Virus record (IMG/VR): IMGVR_UViG_3300046168_000085
Coordinates: 1-64,000 of that record
DNA length: 64,000 nt
Reading direction: 5' to 3' (one strand)
Origin: a virus
The translations under genes were made by a program, and so were the position numbers. A model generated the notes under the pieces. It made no database searches and had not been told where the DNA came from. It was given only the letters and a program-made list of their open reading frames with translations. This document shows positions 21,558 through 32,555 of this stretch, in pieces (position 1 is the stretch's first letter; every line of letters begins with the position of its first letter).

Positions 21558-23114
21558 TCATCGGTGAGAACATAAGAATCCATTTTTTGTGGAACAGGTG
21601 GCGGTGTTTTCTTTTTTGTACCAACCCTCAGATTTTCAAACAAATTCTTTGCAATTTTGCTTTCATTATCTTTGTATCGTCCAGGTTGATAAATCTTTTT
21701 TTCACGATTTGCATCTTTCATTTTCTGAAGAAAGTTTGCAATGATTGATCCGTGCTTTTTAATGAATGCTTCCCAATTCAATTTCTGTTCAGAACATATT
21801 GTGTAAATGCAACTATTAATCGCACCTACAATCTCAGGAGACGCAATGGTATACGAATGAGAACGTTCTGCAACTGCATCAATCATTTCAATTGCTTCTG
21901 TTGCAGATTTAACAGACATTCCTTTCGCAGGTATATTTCCAACCAAATCTGAAACGAGTTCTTTACGATGTGCAGTTGTAGTAACTCTACGTGTAAGCAA
22001 ACCTTTGATAATCTGCTGAAAAGTTACATCATCATTTGCAGTATTACCAGTTGCACTCTGAGGAGCAGTTTTAAGTTCACTCATATCTACAACATTAAGA
22101 ATATGGTGCAAATCTTTAGTCAACTGCTTTGCTAACTTTTTGTTTTGATTTGCAGTAACAATATCCTTTGCAATGTCCGTGAACTTTTGATCTTTGCTTT
22201 TGATACGACCCACCGCAAGTTTGTATACATCAGTTTCCGTTGCCATTAAATTAGACAACTTTTCATTTGCAAACAATGGAACAAAAAAGTCACGGAGTTT
22301 CTTGCTTTTGATGATATAAGGAAGACCATCACGATAATTGTTTTCTGTTTTAATAAAGTCACGTGCTTCCGCAAGTTTCTTACGAGCAGCCAAAGCAACC
22401 AACTTTTCTTCAATTGGTCCATCTGTTAACACACGCATCAATTTGCTTACATTAGAAGATGTAGGAAGAACGTGACGCAGATTTCCTTTTGCTCCATAAA
22501 CTTTCAACGCATACTCTAATCTACGAGGAGTAACTTTAGTTTGCACATTCGGTGGAAGTTCGTTCCACCAAGAAACTGCTGAATTGGCAAGTTGCTTACC
22601 GAAGTTTTCACGAAACCAAGTTACATCAGGTTTATACGGAACTTCAATGTGAACGTGAAATCTATCTTCTTGTGCAGGATCAAGAGCATCTACATCGTAA
22701 TTAAATTCTTCATCATCTTCAGGATTAATGGGCTGCCCATACAATTTTAAGATTCTTGAACTTACGACCATTGATACTTTTAAACTGAATAAGTTCCATT
22801 ACTGCATTACGAACTTTTTTGTGTGCTCTTGAAAATTCGTCCATAAAAATTGCTTCTACTTCATCATCTTGAAATTCTTGTGGACGAACCAAATCCAAAT
22901 AAGAGTTTCCGTTTTCATCGGTTTTTTCTTTTGGAACTCCGATGAAGTCAACCCACGGGTCCATTGTACTTGCACTAAAATATTTATACTTCAAATTATT
23001 GCGTTCAAATGCATCAACTACCATAGCAGTTTTTCCTACTCCATGCTTTCCACGAAGCAATACATTTAGATTGTTTTCAATCCAAAAATCAAAGTTGTTT
23101 GGTTTAAGATTCAT
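21545..23114 (-). CDS. MoxR-like AAA+ ATPase (split by a frameshift near 22730)
   Basis: GKHGVGKT Walker A, IFMDEFSRA Walker B, LDPAQEDRF, TPRRLE. Confidence 0.85.
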
Positions 23115-23706
23115 ATATTTCCTTGGTTATATTTAAATTATATTATATATTATCAAATGCGTTTGATTCCGTCAAGATTAGATAATCCATCTTGGTATAG
23201 GTCGTTCATCATCAATGGTTTCATCAAGAGAATTTGCTTTTTCGTATTCTATAAATTTACCTGTTTTGCCATAGGGTCTTACCATTTTATCAAACGAATC
23301 ACTATTTACACCTGTGATATATAAACGCACTACTTCACCATTGACAGTTGTAAATCCGTGTAATCTAAAATTTTTGAATACTCTTGCTTTATTTAGTGCA
23401 GTTTCTAAATAATTAGAAACACCTGCTCCACATTGAATTTTCCATAATGCAATTCGTTTTGGTTTATCTGAAAGTACATTATGAAAGAAAATACTTTTCA
23501 GAAAGGGTCTTCCCCACGGATCAACTCCGTTTATGTAATCAAATGTTTGATTGGAATTAAAATCAAGTTCGTATGTAGGAAGTTTATTTGCAAACGGATT
23601 GAAGTATGGTTTCCAAATTGTTTCTCCGTGTCTATTTTGTACAAGATGTTTTGTATTCTCTGTTAGATTTTTACTCCAACTTGAACACGGGTTCCATTCG
23701 TCTGAA

Positions 23707-24027
23707 TTAACTATTGGTTGCATTTACTCGTAACGATTCAGGATCATCACGCAATGCAGTCATAATTTCATTTACTTCAGTTTTTGTTCGATGACCAATG
23801 ACATCATCAGAGGGTGTCAACTGAATGAATTCATTGTTATTATCGAATGCGGCCACTTCAAATGTAGATTTATAGAAATCATTTACATCAATGTCACCAT
23901 ACATTCCGTCACCAGTTACAACAGAAATCGTACATCCATTATCAAAATCTTTTCTTGCTTGGATGCAGTTTACCGATCCACGATGTGGAATGAATGTTAA
24001 TTCTTCAAACATTACGTTATTATTCAT
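23707..24027 (-). CDS. Conserved phage hypothetical protein
   Basis: FDNGxTISV...FEVA pattern; own TTGACT promoter. Confidence 0.45.
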   Translation of the reverse strand: MNNNVMFEELTFIPHRGSVNCIQARKDFDNGCTISVVTGDGMYGDIDVNDFYKSTFEVAAFDNNNEFIQLTPSDDVIGHRTKTEVNEIMTALRDDPESLRVNATNS

Positions 24028-26072
24028 AGATACTATAATACATTATTATTATAGAAAGTCAAGTATTAGTCGTTCTGAAATTGAAGAATAATCTGACCCA
24101 CTTCTTGTGGTTCAAGATTCGCACCATGAGTGTCACCTTCCTCAGGAAAAATTCCATTGGTGATTGGGCATTGAATCTCGTTTCCTTCGTTATCAAAAAT
24201 GCCAACGTGGAAAGTTGCGTGATTAAGAGCAGAATCAGGTCCTTCAGGATGTTCAGGATCAAAAGATGCTTCAATGCAAACATTACTTGACAAAAATCCG
24301 TGTGGAATTAAATTTCCGGTAAATATTTCTATCACACCCCCATCAAATGGGACCCTTGCATTAATTGAATTAAAACAATCGTGGGGAGATAATGCTTCCC
24401 AATTCCATTCAATTGACTCAAACGCATTCCTATTATCAATATAATTTATCCAGTTATCTGTTATCGTTCCCATAATTTTTTCTCTCTATTTTAGTTGTTT
24501 ATATAATTTCTCTCTAGATATACACCCTACCAAAATTATTATAAAAAGTCAAGCAAAAAATCACCAATGTTCAGGATATCTTGATTTTTGAAAACGACAC
24601 AAAGCACATACTCGGATGATTATTTTATTAATAAATGCAGATACTTTTTCTACTGCATTATACAATTTTTTTTCTGTATTATCAAGAGGTATCCAATAAT
24701 ATTTTTCCAATGCTTTGTATTTGTCGGATTCTTCCCACTTTTTCCAATTTTCACGATACTCAATTAATTTATATCTCGCAATATTACAAATGTAATTAAC
24801 TTCTGGATTAATTTCAAGTATTTTTCCATCTTTGAATGTTAAATGAAAATCAACACGCAAGTCTCTTCTAAATTCACGACTACCTAAAAAATACTTGGTT
24901 GCAGTTATACATCCTGTGTAGAATTTTTCTTCTTCATCACGATTACTACTTAAACAAGTTCTCCAATAGTCCATATCATTTAACTTCCAACTTCCTTTTT
25001 CATTGTCGGCATCTTTGGGTGATTCTGCTTCTCCGTTTCTTCCGTTTCGTGCAAAATGTATATAACCTTCTTTGTCTACCAAATAAACATTGTGATGGTC
25101 ACGTTTGTCTTCACGGAATTCAAAACGATAATATAATCGTTGCCAATCAACTCCATAAAAAGGATGATCCTTTTCATCGCAATTCTCCATATCACGATCA
25201 AGTGGAAGTTCATAATGAATTACAATTCTATTTGATTGATTACACGTTCCGTTTCTCAAAAGTCGTTCGTTTGATTTTGCTTCTGCTTCCAACGGATTGT
25301 GGTTTCCATAATGATCGTAAGGTTCGTATTCTTCTTCGTAACACATAAAAGAAGATTACCAAAAATTTCGGAAAAACAAAAGAATATAAAAACTATTAAT
25401 GCTTACCAAATAGTAAGGTATTATTCCATAAATGTACCAAAGTCTATGTTATTCAACGATGAAGGATAGTCATTAGTACTGTGTTTGTTGAGAAATCCTG
25501 CCAATTGTTCAAGTTGCTCTTGTTCTAGTTCAACTTCTATTTTGCGTTTCTGAAAAGGATTCCACGAAATTCCTTTTTTATGATTAATACGCATTTTGTA
25601 GGTTTTACCTTCTTTGAATAACTCTATGATTTTGTTTCCGTTATCCAACGATATTTTTGTACTCATAGCAATAAGATACTATAATAATACATTTTTGTCA
25701 AATAAAAGTGGTGAAAAAGTAAATTACTTTCTTGTGAATTATACACTCACGCAGTATCACGCATTTTTTTGGCAATGTCAATGATGATATCTTTACTTTT
25801 TACAGAAAATCCTAGTTCAGATATAACCTCATCCATTTCTTCGTCTGTTAGATCAAAATCTTCCATTTACTTGAATTGGTAACTACCGAAGATGCAAGGT
25901 CTTGGTCTATTTCACCAAGAACCGTTAATATTAAATTCACTTCAGATGCATATTCATCAATTTTATCATCAGCATCGAGTTCAAAATCAAATTCTTCTTC
26001 TTTCTTTTTTGCCATTGTTCATATAACTACCACCTTTTTGAAAAAAAAATTAAAGTTCTTTGAAAAAAGTAC

Positions 26073-26100
26073 AAAAAAAAGACCTCCTTACGGAAGTCTT
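26073..26100 (-). terminator. Rho-independent terminator after the beta-barrel gene
   Basis: AAGACTTC-CGTAAG-GAGGTCTT hairpin followed by a T tract on the minus strand. Confidence 0.8.
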
Positions 26101-26155
26101 AAAACTCTAATAATAAAGTTTTAGGTGTAAAAACACCTCCTTTCGGTTTTTTAAG

Positions 26156-26830
26156 TTAGAAGGAAAGTGATAATCCAACCGAAAATACGGTTTCAGAATC
26201 ACTTCCTGCGTTATCATTGTCAACAAGGGCAATGCCTGCGAATGTATCCGCACCTCCAAGAGAGGAAGTCACCGTAGCACCTACACTATAATATGTGTAG
26301 TCAGCAGCGGCATCGACAGAACCCAATGAACCATCAAGAGTCAAACCAAACTGCTCTGAAAGAGAGATTGAGTGACCCACCGATAATTCTGCTACATCCG
26401 AATCATTATCTGAATCGATTGCATACAAAACACTTGGATTGAGGATAGTTTCAACGGACAAACCAAATCCGATTTCATCAGCACTTGTAGCACTTTGATA
26501 ATCGTAATTAGTATATCCGACACTCAAATCAACCTTGCCAAGATCATAACCCAAAGAAACTCCACTACGAAGTTCGTTGGTTTGACCTGCTTCCAACGCA
26601 TTAAAAGAATCAATGGATACTCCCAAAGATACTTTTTCAGAAACTGAAGTGGAAAGACCGAGAGAAGCACCAAGAGTGTCATCTGCTTGCTTTACACCAC
26701 GGAATGTACGTGTGTCTGTATAAGAAACTCCAGCTTTACCTGTAAGTTCCCCTGCGTTAACGGTTTGATATGCGAAAAACCCTCCACCAAGAACGGCGAC
26801 GGTTGCGATTATTTTAACTAATGTTTTCAT
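26156..26830 (-). CDS. Outer-membrane beta-barrel protein (TorF/gcw_chp-like putative porin)
   Basis: Signal peptide, FRG in first strand, alternating amphipathic strands, C-terminal Phe (LSLSF). Confidence 0.7.
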   Translation of the reverse strand: MKTLVKIIATVAVLGGGFFAYQTVNAGELTGKAGVSYTDTRTFRGVKQADDTLGASLGLSTSVSEKVSLGVSIDSFNALEAGQTNELRSGVSLGYDLGKVDLSVGYTNYDYQSATSADEIGFGLSVETILNPSVLYAIDSDNDSDVAELSVGHSISLSEQFGLTLDGSLGSVDAAADYTYYSVGATVTSSLGGADTFAGIALVDNDNAGSDSETVFSVGLSLSF

Positions 26831-27092
26831 AATGAGATATTATTATGACAGATTTAACAAATATGTCAACTACTTTTCTTTTAAAAATTTTATGACTTTG
26901 TTTCTAAAATCCACATCATTTGCAATCCTATATTTTATTTTTTGCTCTATTAGTTTATCTTCGTGTTGAATCTTTTTCATAATTTCAATTTTTTTAGATT
27001 CTGTTTCTAATATAACAAATGTAAAAAATAGTAATTCCAAAAGTAATAAAAAGTACTGTTTGGATTGATAGAACATATTGATAATTAGTTAT

Positions 27093-28365
27093 TTATTGTT
27101 TTTTTTGAAAGTCGTATAAATTTTCTAATTTAAGAATATTGCTTAGTTCATTTAAAGCATTTCTACATTTTAATATAAACGAAGGCACAAATATGTCATC
27201 GTAAATTAAATTACCAACATAATACTTTTTAATCCATATTTTTAAATTATTATACAAATCTTCTGTAAAAACAACTCCAGTGTGAATGTTATTAAATTCA
27301 GTTTCATTCATAGATACTCTTAATCTTAAACACGCCGGACCACCTCCGTTCCATAAACTTTGCTCTAAATTTACATAACGAACCTTTCGTATATCATTTG
27401 TTTCTTCCGATGATGCTTTGTAGGTATTTGCGTACCAATGGACTTCTACGACATCGTATGGGTGCTATCAGCATATGCCCATCTTTATATTCAACTAACT
27501 GACTATTAAACAAATATGTTTCAACTGCAACATCAAGTGGTATCTCTGATTCAGTTATCCGTAGAAGATTTAGTTTCCCATTAAAAGAGTCCTGAAGTTT
27601 TGTAATAGTTTCTGCTTCCTCTGCTAATGCATTTTCGTGGTAAACGTACAAATTTTTATTTCCGACTCCAATTACATCGTGGTGAAATACACCAGCATCT
27701 ATGCTTTCCGCAGATTGTTGTGCGAATACTGCATTCTTGATTTGCATAATTTCCGCAACTTTTTTGGATGCTTCTAATGTTTGCCGTGCAGGATATTTTG
27801 ACGGAGTTTCTTCTGACGAATTATTTGAACGACCATACACAAAGAAATGTAATCCTTCTTCTTCATACGAATTGCAGAATCGTGTGTGATTGGCTGCACC
27901 TTCATCGTCCAACTCTCCATCACTATTCAAAGGAGAATGAATTAAAAATTTAGAGGTATCGTTGAAAATTTTATTTAATGTGATGTAAGTTTGAGGTGCT
28001 TCAATTCTACGATGATGTGTGAAATTCAAATTTGCAGTCAATAAATTTAACTTCCCATTCTCGGAATCTGTACTTGGTACGACAGTAGACGAATTAGCAA
28101 CCCACATACTGCTTGCAGATGAATTGATTGCCATATTATCATAATCTTCATAGTCGTTGATTAAAGGTCTTTCTTGTGGTGGTATAATTGCTTGTTTATG
28201 CCCCAAATCAAACATCAACTTCATTTTGTCTAAACCTTGCAATGCAGCTTCCCGTGGATTGCTCGGCTTGCTTTTGTTCGTTGCCGAGTGTACATTTCCG
28301 TTAGCAAGACCAGCATAATTGTGAGTTGGTCCAACCAACCCATCAAAGTTTACTTCAAACGACAT
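27093..28365 (-). CDS. astB: N-succinylarginine dihydrolase (frameshift near 27395)
   Basis: EVNFDGLVGPTHNYAGL, PPQERP, SASSMWVAN, DEGAANH, YPARQT, YLFNSQ; NGGGPACLRL read at about 27320-27350. Confidence 0.95.
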
Positions 28366-28379
28366 GGTATTATTATAGA

Positions 28380-28688
28380 TTACTTAATCTTACCAGTCAA
28401 CCATTCAAACATCATTCTCCAATCTGCCATCTTAGCATATATTGGATTGCTTGACAAAAACGCAGGCATATTACCTTCAAAAAGAAGATGACCCACAACC
28501 GCAAGTGGATAAACCACAAACGGAGTTAACAACAACCACCATAAACTAAGATTGAAAACGAACACGGATACAACAAATGCAATCGTTGCGACGTTTCCAA
28601 GCAAATGAAAAAACTTATTGATTGGTTTTGTGTGCTTACTCAGATAAAACTGATAGTATTCTTCAAAACTTTCAAACTTTTTTCCCAT
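28380..28688 (-). CDS. DUF962/Mpo1-like membrane protein
   Basis: FEEYYQFYLSKH...NKFFH.G; GHLLFEGN.PA. Confidence 0.8.
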   Translation of the reverse strand: MGKKFESFEEYYQFYLSKHTKPINKFFHLLGNVATIAFVVSVFVFNLSLWWLLLTPFVVYPLAVVGHLLFEGNMPAFLSSNPIYAKMADWRMMFEWLTGKIK

Positions 28689-28724
28689 ATCAATAAATAT
28701 GGTATATATGAGTTTTTATAATAA

Positions 28725-28967
28725 TTACTTCTTCGCAACTTCTACATCAACCGAGTGCCAAGATTTTTCACACCCAACACTTTTACAAGCCTTTTTAATT
28801 GCTTCCGCAGTTCCTCTTGCTTTTACAGTTTCGGTGTGTCCTTTTTTGATGTCAACACCATCCACTTTTGCACTTTTGGTGAATTTTACTTCCCAATTGC
28901 TGAATGCTTCATTTAAAAAGTTTTGAATTTCTTCACGGATGATTGATTGTAGTTCTGTTTTCTTCAT
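28725..28967 (-). CDS. Phage protein with MKKTELQSIIREEI..FLNE leader
   Basis: Leader of the same type as 4118-4498. Confidence 0.55.
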   Translation of the reverse strand: MKKTELQSIIREEIQNFLNEAFSNWEVKFTKSAKVDGVDIKKGHTETVKARGTAEAIKKACKSVGCEKSWHSVDVEVAKK

Positions 28968-28990
28968 AACAATATATAAGTATTATCCAC

Positions 28991-29989
28991 TTACAGAAAA
29001 TATATACGAACTTTGTCGTTAATGTTTAGTTGTAATTTTTTTATGCTTTCTGCATCTACATGGATTTCTTGATTATCCCAATATTCTGCTTTTCCACGAC
29101 AACAACGAAATGGTTCGTATGTTGCAATTAAAGTATCTTTTGGGTCTTCCACGAAATTCCCTGTTAATTTACCCACCTTGCTTCTTTTAATCGCACGAAT
29201 GTTTTCAGTTTCACACGAATAAGTTGGTCCTGCTTCAAAAATATCAATCTCTCCGTTGAACTTGAAGTTCTGTTTCTGTAACATTCCCTTTGCAGGTTCC
29301 GTATTTTTGTGGACTTTACCAAGAACATCACGAACGTGTTTCGGAAGAAGATTAACGTAAATAGGATGACTCGGCATAAGGTCTTCTATAAACTGCTTGT
29401 TTTTCATACTAAGATAATCTGCATTGGTATAATCTATCTTTAGAAAATGCTTCATACAATATTCGTAAAATGGTGAATGACCTCTTGTTGTTACAACACC
29501 ACGCATTTCTGCGATTACTTCATTTTCAAAACGATCAAGATATTCTGCAATAAAAAGAAATCGTGAATAACTCAACAACTTTCCGTTTCCTTTTCTTGCA
29601 TTTGGAAGCAGATAAAGAGTTCCAATTTCAGTAGGACCGGAATGCTTTTTATCTAAACGCAATACTTCGTTTGAAGTTTTGATTTTAAGTTCCTTATTTT
29701 CGTGGACTTCAGTATCTGTTACATATGTGTAGAAAGGTTCAAATCCACCAACTTTGCTGATGATACCGCAGATGCCTACTAACTCGTTGTTGTTTTCCAT
29801 AACAAACAAATAACTTTCACCTTCAGGAGAATCCACCGATTTCTCAAATGAATATAATGTATGCTCAAGTCGTTTTTGAAGCAGAGATTTATCGTTCTGC
29901 AAAGTTGTTATACCAGTTCCTGCTTTTTTTGCAAGTTTTTGCAGTCCACTTAAATCATTCTTATTTATCTGCCGAACGATCATAATCAA
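28991..29989 (-). CDS. astA: Arginine N-succinyltransferase
   Basis: YLFVME, VGGFEPFY, TEIGTLYL, GKLLSYSRFLF, VIAEMRG, SPFY, IDIFEAGP. Confidence 0.93.
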   Translation of the reverse strand: MIMIVRQINKNDLSGLQKLAKKAGTGITTLQNDKSLLQKRLEHTLYSFEKSVDSPEGESYLFVMENNNELVGICGIISKVGGFEPFYTYVTDTEVHENKELKIKTSNEVLRLDKKHSGPTEIGTLYLLPNARKGNGKLLSYSRFLFIAEYLDRFENEVIAEMRGVVTTRGHSPFYEYCMKHFLKIDYTNADYLSMKNKQFIEDLMPSHPIYVNLLPKHVRDVLGKVHKNTEPAKGMLQKQNFKFNGEIDIFEAGPTYSCETENIRAIKRSKVGKLTGNFVEDPKDTLIATYEPFRCCRGKAEYWDNQEIHVDAESIKKLQLNINDKVRIYFL

Positions 29990-31343
29990 ACTGAATTAAG
30001 GTATCAAGAGTAATTTTAACAACTTCATCAATATCTTTTTTACTCATTACAGGTGTCGGAAAAAGAAAACGAACCTTCGTTGGATTTTTTCCTGCAATGA
30101 ACGAAATCACTCCGTTTTTAAATAATTCGTGGACAAACTTCATTGTGACATCAGGAGACCCATCAAACACTTGAAATGCAAACATTGCACCGATACCTCC
30201 AATGTTTGAAACAAACTCAGAGTTTTTTAATCCACTTTCAAACAAATTAAAGTATTTGTGATTCTTGCCGATTTTATACAACTCAGGACCTGTTTTGCTT
30301 TTCTTGTCGTAAAACTTACCTTTAAGAATCTCTGTCAATACTACATCGGCTGCGAACAACGATGAAGTTGCTCCTGTGAAAGTTTGCGACACCAACCCTG
30401 GTCTTGGTTTGACATCTTCTTTGAAAATCGTTGCACATACTTGTGTGCTTTTTCCTACACAAACCAAATCAACATATTCATCTAATTCAAACATTTGAAA
30501 TGCGAATGGTTTATATGTTCTTGCAAAACTTTGTACTTCATCTACAAAGAAAAGTATATCGTGCTTTTTAAGACATTTTGCAATATCTTGAAGAATCTTT
30601 TTATCTCCAACATTGAATCCACCTTCTCCTTGAATAAGTTCTGCAACCATACACGAATGTTTACCAGGATGTCTTGCAATATGCTTTTCAAGATGCTTTA
30701 CTGCTGATTCTGCATTAAACGGAATATAATCAACTTTAAGTGTATCAGGTAATCCTTCACGATAATATGGTTTATCTGTGATTTGTGAAACACCTGTTGT
30801 TCTTCCGTGGAAACAATTTGCAAATGCAAGAATACGATCAGCAGGAAACTTTTTTTGAAATGCCATCTTGATTCCGTTTTCAACTGCCATTGCTCCACTT
30901 GTTGTTAAAAATACATGATCAAGTTTTGCTCCATGTAAATTTGCAACTTGTTTGAACTTTTCCATTACAACCAACGATTCTTCGTTTTGCTGAAGATTGC
31001 CTTGCATAACACAATCACTAAACGCAGAATTTAATGATGCTTCTACAATCTTCTCGTTTCCGTGTCCAAAATAATTTACACCAATTCCACCTATCATGTC
31101 GTATTTAACTGATCCATCGGTAAGTTCTACTAATGCACCATATCCTTTTCCTGTTCCGACATAAGGAAATACCAATCCACCACCACGAACATTTTTAAAT
31201 CGTTCTAGTAGTTCTTCGGTGATTTCTTTAGGTGCAGTTGGTGGTGTGTGTTTTAGTTTTTTTACGGACTTAATATATTCTTTTAATAAAATTTGTTTTG
31301 CATCATTTGTTGTTTTGTCTGTAAAAAAATCGTTGTACCACAT
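29961..31343 (-). CDS. astC: Class III PLP aminotransferase (AstC/ArgD-like)
   Basis: SGAMAVE, FHGRT, ELIQGEGG, DEVQS, VGK; ast context. Confidence 0.75.
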   Translation of the reverse strand: MWYNDFFTDKTTNDAKQILLKEYIKSVKKLKHTPPTAPKEITEELLERFKNVRGGGLVFPYVGTGKGYGALVELTDGSVKYDMIGGIGVNYFGHGNEKIVEASLNSAFSDCVMQGNLQQNEESLVVMEKFKQVANLHGAKLDHVFLTTSGAMAVENGIKMAFQKKFPADRILAFANCFHGRTTGVSQITDKPYYREGLPDTLKVDYIPFNAESAVKHLEKHIARHPGKHSCMVAELIQGEGGFNVGDKKILQDIAKCLKKHDILFFVDEVQSFARTYKPFAFQMFELDEYVDLVCVGKSTQVCATIFKEDVKPRPGLVSQTFTGATSSLFAADVVLTEILKGKFYDKKSKTGPELYKIGKNHKYFNLFESGLKNSEFVSNIGGIGAMFAFQVFDGSPDVTMKFVHELFKNGVISFIAGKNPTKVRFLFPTPVMSKKDIDEVVKITLDTLIQFDYDRSADK

Positions 31344-31347
31344 AATA

Positions 31348-32553
31348 TTACTCCTTTGTTATATTATATAAATATAACGCAGATAACTTTGTTCGTTCTT
31401 TTAACGAATCAATGAAAATCATTTCATCACGACTATGCATTCCATTTCCAACAGGACCAAGTGAATCCATATTAGGCAATCCATATCCGTTTAGTTTGTT
31501 TCCATCACTTGCTCCTCCACTCATAATCAACTTTAGTTTGTTCATTCCAAGTTGCTTCGCACATTTTTGAAGATGCTCGGTTATTTTCTTTGCTTCTTTG
31601 GTGTATGGTTTTGGAGGACTTGTAAATTTTCCGTGAAGTTCTGTACCTGGATACTTCTTACGCATATCACGATAAAAATTTTGCAGACGATGTTCAAACT
31701 CAGTTCTTTGTTTTTTGGTGACAACTCTGCAATTGAATCTGCATATTGCTAAATCAGGAACAACATTTGACGGACCACCTCCTTCTACTTTACCTAAATT
31801 GATCGTCATTCCTTCATTGATTGTCATCATAGTCTTTGACCAATTTATGAAATCAGCAACTCCGTAAAACGCATTTAATCCATCGTGAAAGCAACGGCCT
31901 GCGTGTGCAGATACTCCTCGGAATACCATTGTATAACTTCCTACTCCTTTACGTGATTTAACGATGCTTCCGTCAGGTAACGCAGGTTCATACAACAATC
32001 CAATATCATTGTTTCTTGCGGAAGTTTCTAAATAAGAAGAAGATGCAATGCTTCCAACTTCCTCATCTGGTAAAATTAATACTTCCCAACCAACTTTATT
32101 TTTAATATCACTATTTTCGTATGCAAGCAAAGCATACAACATAGTCATTAAACCACCTTTCATATCAAGTACTCCAGGACCCATCATTTTGTTTCCGTTT
32201 ATTGTAACTTTCTGAAAATCATGGTCTTTCGGATATACGGTGTCATAATGTCCACACAATAAAATTCGTGTTTCAGCAGTTTGTCGTTTACGCAAACGAA
32301 GAACTTTTCCGTGATTTAATTGTTTTATTTCTCCGTTGGAATTTATTGAATCAATTGGAGATAACTCGTATTGATTAATTTCATCTGGTTCAAGTTCTGA
32401 AAACATTTCTTGAAGTTGATCAATTGCGACATCAAGATTTTTTAAATTATAGGTATGAGTATTAAGATTTGAAAACGACTCAAGACGATCAAGCATTTCA
32501 TCAAACCTATCGTCTATTAAACTTAGGTAGTTGTTCATACCTATAAGTATCAA
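31348..32553 (-). CDS. M20-family hydrolase, probable succinylglutamate desuccinylase (AstE functional analogue)
   Basis: GHYDTV, GPGVLDMKGG, DEEVGS, YEP, AHAG, SDGN; embedded in the ast cluster. Confidence 0.75.
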   Translation of the reverse strand: MILIGMNNYLSLIDDRFDEMLDRLESFSNLNTHTYNLKNLDVAIDQLQEMFSELEPDEINQYELSPIDSINSNGEIKQLNHGKVLRLRKRQTAETRILLCGHYDTVYPKDHDFQKVTINGNKMMGPGVLDMKGGLMTMLYALLAYENSDIKNKVGWEVLILPDEEVGSIASSSYLETSARNNDIGLLYEPALPDGSIVKSRKGVGSYTMVFRGVSAHAGRCFHDGLNAFYGVADFINWSKTMMTINEGMTINLGKVEGGGPSNVVPDLAICRFNCRVVTKKQRTEFEHRLQNFYRDMRKKYPGTELHGKFTSPPKPYTKEAKKITEHLQKCAKQLGMNKLKLIMSGGASDGNKLNGYGLPNMDSLGPVGNGMHSRDEMIFIDSLKERTKLSALYLYNITKE

Positions 32554-32555
32554 AC

